From an uncultured delta proteobacterium (GTDB lineage: Bacteria > Myxococcota > Myxococcia > Myxococcales > Myxococcaceae), in contig CAVZMH010000024.1 in NCBI GenBank assembly GCA_963776345.1, forward strand, positions 89,579 to 153,578: a stretch of DNA of 64,000 nt. Reading direction: 5' to 3'. The notes beneath the pieces were generated by a model, which saw only the letters and a program-made list of their open reading frames with translations, searched no databases and was not told where the DNA came from. Numbering within the stretch: position 1 is the stretch's first letter; the number at the start of each line of letters is the position of its first letter. This document shows, in pieces, positions 29,356 through 42,592 of the stretch. The translations under genes and the position numbers were made by a program.

Positions 29356-30264
29356 ATGCGCGTTGGATTTCGTGGCGGTGTGCTGTGCGCAGCGATGGCG
29401 CTGTCGGCCTGCGGCGCGGGCGTCGAGCAAGGAAACACGGCGGGTGAGGATCTGCTGCCCACCGGCAAGGGCGCGGTGACGCTGCAGCAGATCGGAGAGG
29501 CATCAGCGGCCGCGCGGGTGCGCAGCAACGGGATCACCTACCACGGCGGACCGGTGATCACCGGCACCACCAACGTCTATTACATCTGGTACGGCAACTG
29601 GAGCGGCAACACCGCGACGACCATCCTCACCGATTTCGCCAGCAGCATCGGCGGCTCGCCGTACTTCAACATCAACACCACCTATTACAACGGCTCCAAC
29701 GTGCACGTGAGCAACTCGGTGCACTACGCCGGCTCCACGACCGACAGCTACTCGCAGGGCACGTCGCTCTCCGACGCGCAGATCCAGACCGTCGTCTCCA
29801 GCGCCATCAGCTCCGGCCGGCTGCCCAAGGACACCAACGCGGTCTACTTCGTCCTCACCTCGAGCGACGTGACCGCCAGCTCGGGCTTCTGCACCCAGTA
29901 CTGCGGCTGGCACACCCACGGGACCATCTCCGGGTCCGACATCAAGTACTCGTTCGTGGGGAACCCCGACCGCTGTCCGTCGGCATGCGAGGCCCAGACC
30001 ACCGGCCCGAACGGGAACGCCGGCGCGGACGGGATGGCGTCGATCGTCGCCCACGAGCTCGAGGAGGCGGTGACCGATCCCGACCTCAACGCCTGGTACG
30101 ACAACCGGGGCTACGAGAACGCCGACAAGTGCGCCTGGACGTTCGGGACCGAGTCCACCGCGTCCAACGGGGCCAAGTACAACGTGACCCTCGGCAGCCG
30201 TCAGTACCTCATCCAGCGGAACTGGGTGAACGCCAGCGGCGGCTACTGCTCGATGAGCTACTAG
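29356..30264 (+). CDS. Phosphate-induced protein 1 (Phi-1/EXORDIUM)-like lipoprotein
   Basis: Lipobox ALSAC; ITYHGGPV, IWYGNW, GFCTQYCGWH, ADGMASIVAHELEEAVTDP, ENADKC. Confidence 0.85.
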   Translation: MRVGFRGGVLCAAMALSACGAGVEQGNTAGEDLLPTGKGAVTLQQIGEASAAARVRSNGITYHGGPVITGTTNVYYIWYGNWSGNTATTILTDFASSIGGSPYFNINTTYYNGSNVHVSNSVHYAGSTTDSYSQGTSLSDAQIQTVVSSAISSGRLPKDTNAVYFVLTSSDVTASSGFCTQYCGWHTHGTISGSDIKYSFVGNPDRCPSACEAQTTGPNGNAGADGMASIVAHELEEAVTDPDLNAWYDNRGYENADKCAWTFGTESTASNGAKYNVTLGSRQYLIQRNWVNASGGYCSMSY

Positions 30265-30267
30265 CCG

Positions 30268-31396
30268 CTACGGCGGCCAGTGGCAGACCTCCACCGCCGG
30301 TCTGCACTGGCCGGCGGTGCAGCCTCCGCTCCGGCACTGCGCGGGGCGGAGGCAGGCCGCTCCGTCGTCCTCGAGCGGCAGGCACTGCCCGGCATCGCAG
30401 TAGGCCACGGTGGTGTCGCAGACGTCGTGCAGCGCGCAGGCACCGGTGCTGGGTGGCGCCCCGCAGCGTCCTCCCGCGCAGAGCAGCCCGGTGAGGCAGC
30501 CGTCGAGGAACTCCTGGAGCCCCGCCGGCTCGTCGTCGCAGCTGCCGCCCGTGTCCGAGGGTCTCCGGCAGACGCCCGCGACCGGGGCGCCGGCCGCGGT
30601 CAATCCCGCGCCGCGGCAGATGAGTCCCTCGACACACCCCGCGAACCGGAACGCCGCGTCGACCTCGTCCAGCGTCGTGGCGCAGGGCCGGCCCTCGCGG
30701 GCGCGCGCGACGCACCGGTTCCCGACGCAGGCCAGCCCGACCTCGCAGGCCGCGTCTCCTTCACACTCCTGCCCCTCGCCGCGAAGTGCCGCGCACGTCC
30801 CCGAGACGCAGACGTGCTGCGAGTCGCAGTCGAGGTCGCTGTCGCAGCCCGCGCCGTCCTGTCCGAGCGGACGGCACTCCCCCTGGATGCAGCCCAGCGA
30901 CTGGCGCACGTCGCACTCGGGCCCCTGGTGGAGCTGGCAGCTCGCGCTCCTGCCGAGGACCGTCGGGCAGCTCGAGGGGCACGCGCCGGCGGCGTCCGGG
31001 ATGCAGAGCCCACCGGCGCACTCGAAGAGTCCGGAGCACTCGCCGCCGGGGACGACCTCGCCGGCGACCGCGGCGAGGCAGTCCGCCTGCACCGCGTCGG
31101 GGAGGCCGTCGCGGAGGCAGGGCGCGCCGTGGAGCCCGTCCACGCAGGCGCGGGCCAGGTCGCCGTCGTAACGGATGCGCCCGGCCGCGATGCCGCGCTG
31201 CACGTCGTCGCCGAGGACCGCGCTCACGCTCTGCTCGCAGGACGCGACCAGTGCCGCGTCCAGCAGGTTGCAGCGCGCCGACTGCGTGCAGGTCGCCTCC
31301 GCATACGCCCGGGCGAAGTCGGCCGAGGCCACGGGCGACTTCCCGCACCCGCGGCGACCGGCCCGAGGGCGAAGCCCCGGCGGCTGTGCGCCTCAC
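30268..31396 (-). CDS. Cys-rich repeat (Dickkopf-like) lipoprotein; signal peptide appears frameshifted
   Basis: Many Cys repeats (CxxDxDC, GLxC); intact frame from 31332; GTG at 31396 and a VAAGC lipobox can be rebuilt with two single-base additions. Confidence 0.7.
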
Positions 31397-31674
31397 CTCG
31401 CCCCGGGCTTCGGCGGGGGGCCCTCGTGCCGGTAGCAGGCCACCGGCGGGTCGCCCGGCATGAGCGCCGCGAGCAGGTAGCCGCTCGGCGCGAGCTCCAG
31501 CGCATCCCGCTCCAGGGTCTGCGCCAGCTCCTGTCCGCTCTTCCCGCGGGCGTCGGCCACGGCGCGGCAGACCACCGGCTTCACCGCCGTGCCTCCGTGC
31601 CCCGGCTTCGCATCCGCCGCATCGGCCGCCGTCCCCACGACACACCCCAGGACCACCCACCTTGACAGCTTCAT
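31393..31674 (-). CDS. Small secreted hypothetical protein
   Basis: Signal-like MKLSRWVVLGCVVGTAADA; GGAG upstream; stop overlaps the next GTG. Confidence 0.55.
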   Translation of the reverse strand: MKLSRWVVLGCVVGTAADAADAKPGHGGTAVKPVVCRAVADARGKSGQELAQTLERDALELAPSGYLLAALMPGDPPVACYRHEGPPPKPGAR

Positions 31675-31758
31675 CGCTCGCGCTCCTCGACTCGCCCCGG
31701 GCCGAGGCTCACCCGCGGCGGCGGCGAGTCGCAAGAGGAACCATCCGGCGCCCGGGGC

Positions 31759-33303
31759 TCATCCGTGGTCCAGCGGCACCGGCAGAACCCGCGTGCATCC
31801 GAACGCGGGCGCCCAGACCTCCTGGACCTCGGGCGAGTTGACGAAGGCGGCGATGCGCCGGAAGGCCTCGCGCGGTCCGCCGACCCGCGCCGCCCAGGCG
31901 AGGCCGGCGCGAGAGAGGTTGGGGACCAGAGGTCCGAGCGACGCGGCCCGGAGCCCCGCGCGCGGCCCCTCGCTCCGGACGCGCTCGGGGACGAGGAGCG
32001 GCGCGAACCGGGTGTGGCGGTGGGCAGGGATGCAGCCGGGCGCCCCGAGCAGGGCGGCGGCGAGCGGCAGCTCCCGCAGGTTGAAGACCAGCTTGCAGTC
32101 GCCGGCGTGCGGGTCGAAGGCGCCCACCAGCCGGTGGTCGCCGCGGGGGATGAGCCGGCGGTCGAGGTAGCAGGCTGCCCGCGAGCTCTCCGGGAGGCCC
32201 CCGCGGTGGCGCGCGCCCGCCCAGCGGTGGAAGGGGCGGACCGCCCGCGGGTCGGCGCGCGAGGGGAGGCCGGGTGAACGGCGCAGCGCCTCGAGCTTGG
32301 GGAGGAGCGCGGGAGGAATCCCGTGTGCGTGGGCGAAGCGAGGCAGGTCCCGGGTCCGCAGAAATGCGTCGACCCGGGCCACGAGCCTCTCCGCGTCCTC
32401 GTCGACCAGCAGCTCGTCGAAGCGCGTCTTGAGGCCGGTGCAGCTCACCGGGACCAGGACGTCGAGCGGCTCACCCCGCGCGCGCCAGCGGGCGTCGAGT
32501 CGCTCGGCCTCCGCCGGGACCGGCCGGAGGCTCCACTCCGGTCCCTCGAGCCGGAAGCGCCGGGGAGCCGACGCCTCGACGGGCGCGGAGCCGGGCGCCC
32601 AGGCGCGGAACCGGGGCGAGGGCGCCGGACCTCGCCGGCTCCGCCACACGGTGATGCAGGTCCGCACGCGCGTTCCCGGAAAGACGGCCGGCCCGAGGTC
32701 GACGACCTCGCGCAGCTCGAGCCGGTCCAGCAGCCGTCGCCGCAACGGAGCGTAGAGGTACGCGTCGAGGAGCGTGGCCGACGTCACCCAGGCGAGCACG
32801 CCCGCGCGCCGGGCCAGCCGCTCCGAGGCGAGCAGGAGGAAGAAGGCGTAGTCGTCGCGCAGGCTGGTCCCCCGGGGGAGGGCCTCGTCGAGGTCGACGC
32901 GGGCTCGCAGGGCCCGATAGGCCCGGGCGTCCCGGAGCAGCGGCGACGTCCCGTTGTAGGGCGGATTCCCGAGCCAGAGCTCCTCGCCCTCGCCCGGGAG
33001 CGCCCGGGCCAGCGCATCCCAGCCGCCGCGGAGCGCGTCTCCCACGAGGATGCGCGCGGCGGGGACGCCGCGGCGCGCGGACGCGGCGTGGGTCGGGTCC
33101 AGCTCGAGCCCGTGGAGCCGGGCGCGCGGGAACGCCCGGGCCGCGGCGGCGAGGAACGCGCCATCGCCGCACGCCGGGTCGACCACGGTGAGCGGCCCGG
33201 GTCCGACGTGGGGAACGGCGAGCGAGAGCACCGCCTGCACCAGCGGTGGGGGCGTGAAGTACTCGCCGCGGATCCTCCGCGCCTCGGCGGATGGGGCCGG
33301 CAC
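31759..33303 (-). CDS. Orphan N6-adenine DNA methyltransferase (gamma order) with C-terminal TRD-like region
   Basis: GEYFTP, motif I VVDPACGDGAFL, motif IV GNPPY, DDYAFFL, LRRRLL. Confidence 0.85.
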   Translation of the reverse strand: MPAPSAEARRIRGEYFTPPPLVQAVLSLAVPHVGPGPLTVVDPACGDGAFLAAAARAFPRARLHGLELDPTHAASARRGVPAARILVGDALRGGWDALARALPGEGEELWLGNPPYNGTSPLLRDARAYRALRARVDLDEALPRGTSLRDDYAFFLLLASERLARRAGVLAWVTSATLLDAYLYAPLRRRLLDRLELREVVDLGPAVFPGTRVRTCITVWRSRRGPAPSPRFRAWAPGSAPVEASAPRRFRLEGPEWSLRPVPAEAERLDARWRARGEPLDVLVPVSCTGLKTRFDELLVDEDAERLVARVDAFLRTRDLPRFAHAHGIPPALLPKLEALRRSPGLPSRADPRAVRPFHRWAGARHRGGLPESSRAACYLDRRLIPRGDHRLVGAFDPHAGDCKLVFNLRELPLAAALLGAPGCIPAHRHTRFAPLLVPERVRSEGPRAGLRAASLGPLVPNLSRAGLAWAARVGGPREAFRRIAAFVNSPEVQEVWAPAFGCTRVLPVPLDHG

Positions 33304-33310
33304 GGGGCCT

Positions 33311-33331
33311 ATCCTAGCTCCGGGACCGACG
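33311..33331 (-). promoter_or_regulatory. Second PafBC-like promoter motif (before the MTase)
   Basis: Minus strand CGTCGG-TCCCGGAGC(N9)-TAGGAT, 7 nt before the GTG start. Confidence 0.4.
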
Positions 33332-33412
33332 TGCCCCGGGGGAGCCCGCGATTGCCAGCCCAGCGGCGAAGGTGGAGCATCCCGCCCGCGAACCGGCTGC
33401 CCCGGAGGGAAC

Positions 33413-34081
33413 ATGGCCTTCATCGGCTTCGACGTGTACGGGACGCTGGTCGACCCGCTGGGGATGGATGCGCCCCTGCGCGAGCACGTGGGCGACCTGG
33501 CCGAGCGATTCGCGGCCATCTGGCGCGAGCGGCAGATCGACTGGACCTTCCGCCGGGCGCTGATGGGACGCTACGAGGACTTCGACGTGGTGACCCGCGA
33601 CGCCTTCCGGGCCACCTCGGCCATCCTCGGGGCGGACCTGCGCACCGCCGAGGCGGGCCTGCTCGACACCTACCGGCGGCTCCCGGCCTTCGCCGACGCG
33701 CACGACGGGCTGGCGCAGCTCGCCGGGGCCGGACACCGGCTGGTCGCGTTCAGCAACGGCGTCGGGGCGACGCTGCGAGGGTTGCTCACCCACGCCCGGC
33801 TGCTCCCGCCGCTCACCGACGTGGTGAGCGTGGACGAGGTCCGGACCTACAAGCCGAGCCTGGCGGTGTACCACCACCTGGTCGCACGGGGCGGGTCGAG
33901 CCCGGACCGGACCTGGCTCGTCTCCTCGAATGCCTGGGACGTGCTCGGGGCGAAGTCGGCCGGGCTCAGGGCCGCCTGGGTCCGCCGCTCGCCGCGCAGC
34001 CACTGGGACGGCGGGGGCATCGCCGAGCCGGACCTGGTGGTGGCCTCGCTCTCCGAGCTGGCCGGGCGACTCCCGGCGTGA
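33413..34081 (+). CDS. Haloacid dehalogenase type II (HAD)
   Basis: FDVYGTLVD, SNG, YKP, VSSNAWDVLGA; GGAGG RBS. Confidence 0.92.
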   Translation: MAFIGFDVYGTLVDPLGMDAPLREHVGDLAERFAAIWRERQIDWTFRRALMGRYEDFDVVTRDAFRATSAILGADLRTAEAGLLDTYRRLPAFADAHDGLAQLAGAGHRLVAFSNGVGATLRGLLTHARLLPPLTDVVSVDEVRTYKPSLAVYHHLVARGGSSPDRTWLVSSNAWDVLGAKSAGLRAAWVRRSPRSHWDGGGIAEPDLVVASLSELAGRLPA

Positions 34082-34083
34082 GG

Positions 34084-34241
34084 TCGGAGGTGAGATCGGA
34101 GGTGTCGAGATCGGAGGTGTCTGACACTTCCCCGGACACTTCCCGGGACGAGCGCCTCGGTGCGCCACCGGCCGGGCGCATCCGGCGTGCCTCCCCCGCG
34201 GCCCCGGGACGAGTCGGCCGGACGGAGGTGTTTGACACCTC
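34084..34241. repeat. REP-like palindromes plus short direct repeats
   Basis: GGAGGTGTC-T-GACACTTCC (34113-34131), GAGGTGT-TTG-ACACCTC (34225-34241); tcggaggtg x3; gacacttccc x2. Confidence 0.6.
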
Positions 34242-34325
34242 GTGCCGGAGGCGCTGGACGACGAGGCCAGCTTCCGGCCAGTCTCGCAATCTGGTGGCTT
34301 CTTCTCTCTCGACGCGAGGTGGACG

Positions 34326-34778
34326 ATGAACGAGTCGGAGTCGGCCGCGGTGATCGGCACCCTGAATGAGATCCTCGAGCTCGAGCTCGCCGGGGTCGTT
34401 CGCTACTCGCACTACTCGTTGATGATCTTCGGGCACTCCCGCATCCCCATCGTCTCGTGGATGCGCGCCCAGGCGACGGAGGCGCTCGACCACGCCGTGA
34501 CCGCGGGTGAGTACGTGACCGCGCTGGGAGGTCACCCCTCGCTGGGGATCGGCAAGCTGCTCGAGACGCACAAGCACGACATCGACCAGATCCTCCGCGA
34601 GGCGCTGGAGCACGAGCTCGAGGGCATCGCCGCCTACAAGAAGCTCCTGAAGCAGACGGAGGGGAAGAGCGTGGTGCTCGAGGAGTACGCGCGGAAGATG
34701 GTCCACGGCGAGGAGACCCACGTCATGGACATCGAGAAGATGCTCCGCCGCCCCGGGAAGCTCGAGCCGGCCCGCTGA
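34326..34778 (+). CDS. Bacterioferritin-like/ferritin-like diiron protein
   Basis: LNEILELELAGVVRY, LGGHP, LEHE, EETH. Confidence 0.88.
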   Translation: MNESESAAVIGTLNEILELELAGVVRYSHYSLMIFGHSRIPIVSWMRAQATEALDHAVTAGEYVTALGGHPSLGIGKLLETHKHDIDQILREALEHELEGIAAYKKLLKQTEGKSVVLEEYARKMVHGEETHVMDIEKMLRRPGKLEPAR

Positions 34779-34871
34779 CCTCGCCGCCGGCCGGGTCGCC
34801 GGACACCCTTCGCCTGCGGGCGACACAACTTCACCACACGCTCCGGGGCTCCCGTCGTAGACCTCCGGCCC

Positions 34872-35792
34872 ATGAGCCCACTGCTTGCCCTCGCGGCGCT
34901 GCTGACGATCACCGCCCCCGCGCAGCCCGCTCCTGGTCACCCGCTCGCTCTTCCCGTGCAGCTCCTCGAGGGACGCTTCGTCCTCACCCCGCGTCTCCAG
35001 GGTGGACGGGTGGTCCGGCTCTACTCGGACTCGGGCGGCGGGCGGACCATGCTGACCCCGGAGCTGGTGGGTGAGGCCCGCCTCCGGGTGGAGCACCCGG
35101 ACGCCGGCGCCGACGCGCTCGCGCTCACCGGGTGGCCGGCCTGGGCGCCGGGAGCCTCGATCCCTCCGCCCGCGAGGCCGGCGATGGTGCGGGCCGCCCC
35201 TCCGCTCGAGCCGGACCTCGACGGCTTCCTCGCCCAGGACTGGTTCGGCGGACGGACCTGGACCTTCGACTATCCGGGGAAGCGGCTGCTGCTGCGCGCG
35301 GGCGGTGACGTGCCGAGGGGCCATCGGGTTCCGTTCCATCTGCCGAGGCCCGGACCGGACTCCCTGGCCTTCGGACGGATCACCATCGAGGTCGACGGCA
35401 AGCCGCTGGACGTGCTGTTCGACACCGGGGCGACGACCGAGCTCACCCCGGCCGCGCTCGCCGCGGTGGGTGGTGGCCGCGCGCCGCACCGGGCCGCCAG
35501 CTTCATGAAGGCGGCCATCTTCGACGGCTGGCGCAAGGCGCATCGGCAGTGGACCGTGGTGGAGAAGGCGGAGGTCGGTACGGGCGCGGACATGATCCGC
35601 GTGCCGGCCGTCGTCGTCGGCGGACAGAAGGTCGGCCCGGTGTGGTTCACCCGGCGGCCCGACCCGGCCTTCGACAGCTTCATGTCCTCGATGATGGACG
35701 CCCCGGTCGTCGGCGCGCTCGGGGGAAGCGGCCTCCGGTACTTCCGGATCACCGTGGACTACGCGCAGGGCGTGGCGGTGTTCGAGCGCTGA
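34872..35792 (+). CDS. Secreted retropepsin/aspartyl-protease-like protein
   Basis: Signal peptide; DSGGG and DTGA motifs; GALGG...ITVDY repeated fold elements. Confidence 0.7.
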   Translation: MSPLLALAALLTITAPAQPAPGHPLALPVQLLEGRFVLTPRLQGGRVVRLYSDSGGGRTMLTPELVGEARLRVEHPDAGADALALTGWPAWAPGASIPPPARPAMVRAAPPLEPDLDGFLAQDWFGGRTWTFDYPGKRLLLRAGGDVPRGHRVPFHLPRPGPDSLAFGRITIEVDGKPLDVLFDTGATTELTPAALAAVGGGRAPHRAASFMKAAIFDGWRKAHRQWTVVEKAEVGTGADMIRVPAVVVGGQKVGPVWFTRRPDPAFDSFMSSMMDAPVVGALGGSGLRYFRITVDYAQGVAVFER

Positions 35793-35815
35793 ACCGCCGG
35801 GGAAGCCCGGCCCGG

Positions 35816-36506
35816 TCAGCCCAGCAGCACCGACAGGGCGATCGCCCCGGCGCCGACGAGCAGCGCCGACAGCGTCAGCGCCACCACCCCGGCCGCGCCC
35901 GGACAGCGGGTCCTCCTCGAGGGCGCGGGCGGTGCCGAGGACGTGGGAGAGCGTTCCCAGCGCCAGTCCCCGGGCCACCGGCGAGCGGACCCGGGCCCAG
36001 CTCAACAGAGCGGGACCGACCGCGGTTCCCAGCAGCCCGCTGCTGAACACGCAGAGGGTGGTGACTCCAGGCTGCGTCCTCACCACCTCGGTCAGCCCGA
36101 GCGCCACCGGCAAGGTGACGGACTTCAGCGCGGCCGCCCACATCAGCGCGCCGGACAACCCGAGCAACGCCCCGAGCCCCCAGACCACGCCCACCGTGCT
36201 TGCGCACCCGGCGGCCACGGCCAGCAGCGCGGTCCAGGGATGGGCAGCGAGGAACGCTCGACGCCGGAAGAAGGGCAGGGCGAGTGCCGCCGTGGCCGGT
36301 CCGAGCAACCAGGTGATCGGCGCGGCGCCCTCGAGGTATGCATCGAGCCAGCGAGGCGGCAGCATCGCGAACAGCGCGCCACCGGCGAGCACGGCGAGGA
36401 AGACCGGGTGGAGGAGCGATGCCCGGAGCCGCCGCTGCACCCGGGTGCAGGCCCAGTAGAGGGCCGCGGTGAATGCGGTCGCTCCGACGACCTCGAGCGC
36501 GATCAC
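35816..36506 (-). CDS. lrgB: LrgB-family membrane protein (frameshift near 35899)
   Basis: LLGPATAALALP, KSVTLPVA, ARGLALGTLSHVLGTARA; removing one base restores GAAGVVALTLSALLVG to the stop at 35816. Confidence 0.85.
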
Positions 36507-36856
36507 CGCCGCTCCCGGATGGCAGCGGCCTGGCCGACGACGCCCGCCATCAGCAGGCCCACCAGCACGCTCGCCGCCAGGACCAGCGCCAGCGTCAGCC
36601 CGTGCCCCCGGAGCAGGGGCAGCTCGCGGAGGACCCCGATCCCCGAGGGCACGAAGAGCGCCGGGAGGATGCGAAGCAGCGCATCGGCTCCGCTTCCCAC
36701 TGCGCGCTCGGGCACGGCCCGCGTCAGGAGAAGCACGGTCAGGACCACCAGCGCGAGAAGGCCCGCCGGGACCGGCAGCCCGGTGCGTGCCACCACCCAG
36801 CGGCAGAGCGCGAACAGCGCACCGAGCACCACGAGCTGCAGGCCGGTGCGGATCAA
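36503..36856 (-). CDS. cidA: CidA/LrgA holin-like protein
   Basis: GLPVPAGLL, LPALFVPSGIGV, four TM helices; GTGA overlap with lrgB. Confidence 0.85.
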   Translation of the reverse strand: MIRTGLQLVVLGALFALCRWVVARTGLPVPAGLLALVVLTVLLLTRAVPERAVGSGADALLRILPALFVPSGIGVLRELPLLRGHGLTLALVLAASVLVGLLMAGVVGQAAAIRERR

Positions 36857-36874
36857 GAAAGGCTCGCCGGCGCC

Positions 36875-40432
<3,558 letters not shown>

Positions 40433-40588
40433 GGGCGGGAGCCACCCTTCTACGGCGGGCGGCTGACGGTGTCATAGCGCCCCACGCGACCCCGGACTGC
40501 CCCGATTTCACGGGCGAACGTGCCGCTCGAGCTGAACCGGACTCCTCCTCGCCGGCTGGACTGGCGAGCGGCGTCCCGGGGGGCCGCC

Positions 40589-41872
40589 TCAGGGGCTCCG
40601 GGGTCCCTCGGTCGTGGCCGGTGAGGTCGACTTCTGGAGCTCGGCGGCCACCCGCTCCATCTCCCGCATCGCCCGCAGGTGGTTCTGACCGGCGAGCTTG
40701 ACCAGGTCCTCCTCGCTCCAGCCGCGCCGGAGCAGCTCGGCGAACAGGACCGGGTAGGTGGTCACGTCCTGGAGGCCCTTGACCATGGAGACGGAGCCGT
40801 CGTCGTAGAAATCGCCGCCGATGCCCACGTGGTCCACGCCGGCCACCGCCCTGATGTGGTCGATGGCGTTGGCCACGTTGGCCACGGACCCACCCGGTTG
40901 GGGATGCGCCTTCTCCCAGGCGAGGAGCTGCTTGTCGACCTCGGCCTCCGTCGCCACCCGCTGCCGGATGGCCCGGCGGGCCTCCTTCTTCTGGCCCAGC
41001 CACTCCGGGCTGGGGACGGCGAACTCCCGGATGAAGCTGACGTGGATCACGCCCCCGTTGCGCCCCACCAGCCGCAGCACGTCGTCCGGCACGTTGCGCG
41101 GGTGGGGCACCAGGGCGAAGGCATCGGAGTGCGAGGAGATGACCGGCGCCTTCGAGAGCCGGAGCACGTCGCGCATCACGTCGGGGCTGACGTGCGCGAT
41201 GTCCACGAACATGCCGAGCCGGTTGAGCTCCTGCACCAGCAGCTCGCCGTGCTTGGTGAGCCCATCGTGGAGCGGCATGTCGGTCGCCGCGTCGGCGAAC
41301 TCGTCGTTCGCCCAGTGGGTGAGCGTCAGGTACCGGGCCCCGAGCCGGTGGAAGATCCGCAGCACCCCGGGCGAGCTCTCGATCATGTGCCCGCCCTCCA
41401 CGCCCAGGAGGGAGGCGATCCGACCGGCCCGGGTGATGCGGACGATGTCGTCGGCGGAGCGGGCGAGCTCCAGCTCCGGCCGGCTCTCGATGGTCCGGAG
41501 CGCGACGTCGAAGACCCGGAGCGCGTCGTGCAGGGCGGTCCGGTTCAGCCGGGTGCTCGAGTCGACGAAGATCGCCCAGTACTGCGCGCCCACCCGCCCC
41601 TCGCGCAGGCGCGGGATGTCGGCCGGAAGCTCCGGCTGCCGCCGCCCGAGGTCGACCTTCGTCAGGTCCCCACCGGTCTTCTCCAGCAGCGCGAAGGGGA
41701 GGTCGTTGTGCGCGTCGACGAGCGGCGCGCGCTCGAGCAGCGCCCGGGCCCTGGCGAGCAGCTGGGGGTCGGGCGTAAGGGGCGCCGTCCCGGCATCGGC
41801 GGGAGCCGCGGGCGCGGCGGCGGCGAGGGTCAGCGCGAGCGTGAGCGCGGAATGGGAGATCGAGCGTGGCAT
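40589..41872 (-). CDS. Membrane dipeptidase (peptidase M19)
   Basis: DAHNDLP, GVEGGH, YLTLTH, SSHS, PRNVPD, HVGIGGDF; signal peptide. Confidence 0.92.
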   Translation of the reverse strand: MPRSISHSALTLALTLAAAAPAAPADAGTAPLTPDPQLLARARALLERAPLVDAHNDLPFALLEKTGGDLTKVDLGRRQPELPADIPRLREGRVGAQYWAIFVDSSTRLNRTALHDALRVFDVALRTIESRPELELARSADDIVRITRAGRIASLLGVEGGHMIESSPGVLRIFHRLGARYLTLTHWANDEFADAATDMPLHDGLTKHGELLVQELNRLGMFVDIAHVSPDVMRDVLRLSKAPVISSHSDAFALVPHPRNVPDDVLRLVGRNGGVIHVSFIREFAVPSPEWLGQKKEARRAIRQRVATEAEVDKQLLAWEKAHPQPGGSVANVANAIDHIRAVAGVDHVGIGGDFYDDGSVSMVKGLQDVTTYPVLFAELLRRGWSEEDLVKLAGQNHLRAMREMERVAAELQKSTSPATTEGPRSP

Positions 41873-41927
41873 CGCGGGGACCATGCCATGGAAGCGCGAG
41901 GCGGCGGCACGCGGACCGCCGGCTCAC

Positions 41928-42389
41928 TCACCGGGCGGCGCCCGTCCAGACCCACTCCCTCGAGGCGGGCTTCCCCTGCCGGGTGCCCTCGATGCGCGCG
42001 TGCAGCGCCGCGCCCTCCCGCCAGTAGAGGATGCGCCGCGGGAAGGCGTGCTCCGGGTTCTCGAAGACGATGCAGCTCGGTCCCTGGGCGATGCGGCGGA
42101 AGTCGGTGGCCACGCGCCCCTCCGGCATTGCGCGGTAGACAAGCCCCTCGGCGTCCTGCTCGATGCGCAGGAACTCGAACCCGGTGGCCTTCCCTCCGGC
42201 CGTGTCCCGGTGCATGGCGAGCATCATCCCGCCGGAGGGCGCGAGCCAGACCTCCTCGTTCAGCGTCCCGCGGTCGTCGCCGGACCAGGCGCCGGCCAGC
42301 CAGGAGAGCTGGGCGAGCCCCGGTGAGCCCGGGCCCACCGCGGGACACTCCGGGACGGCCGAGAGCAGCAGCAGGGGGACGAGGAGCAT
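41928..42389 (-). CDS. DUF6265-like secreted protein
   Basis: LSWLAGAW, EEVW, FEFLRI, FENPEHAFPRRILY. Confidence 0.75.
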   Translation of the reverse strand: MLLVPLLLLSAVPECPAVGPGSPGLAQLSWLAGAWSGDDRGTLNEEVWLAPSGGMMLAMHRDTAGGKATGFEFLRIEQDAEGLVYRAMPEGRVATDFRRIAQGPSCIVFENPEHAFPRRILYWREGAALHARIEGTRQGKPASREWVWTGAAR

Positions 42390-42413
42390 CGGGCACCTCC
42401 CGGGCGACCGAGG

Positions 42414-42590
42414 CTAGCGTGAGGCCGGCGCCGGCACGCCGCCGCTCGCTGCAGCGGCGAGCTCGCTCGCCAGGGCGTGCAGCTCCTCGGACCGCTCGAC
42501 GTCGCGGACCCACTCCGCCGGAAGCGCCGCCAGGCCGCACCGGGCTCCCACCAGCGCCACCGAGCCGGGCCAAGGGACCCGGTCGCCACC
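42414..42590 (-). pseudogene. C-terminal remnant of an ADP-ribosylglycohydrolase
   Basis: GGD...ALVGARCGLAALPAEWVRDVERSEELHALASEL resembles the DraG/ARH C-terminus; the rest of the gene is absent. Confidence 0.55.
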
Positions 42591-42592
42591 CC

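Noticed and set aside
31759..33303. Complete restriction-modification or BREX/DISARM system
   Set aside because: No nuclease, helicase or other defence genes nearby
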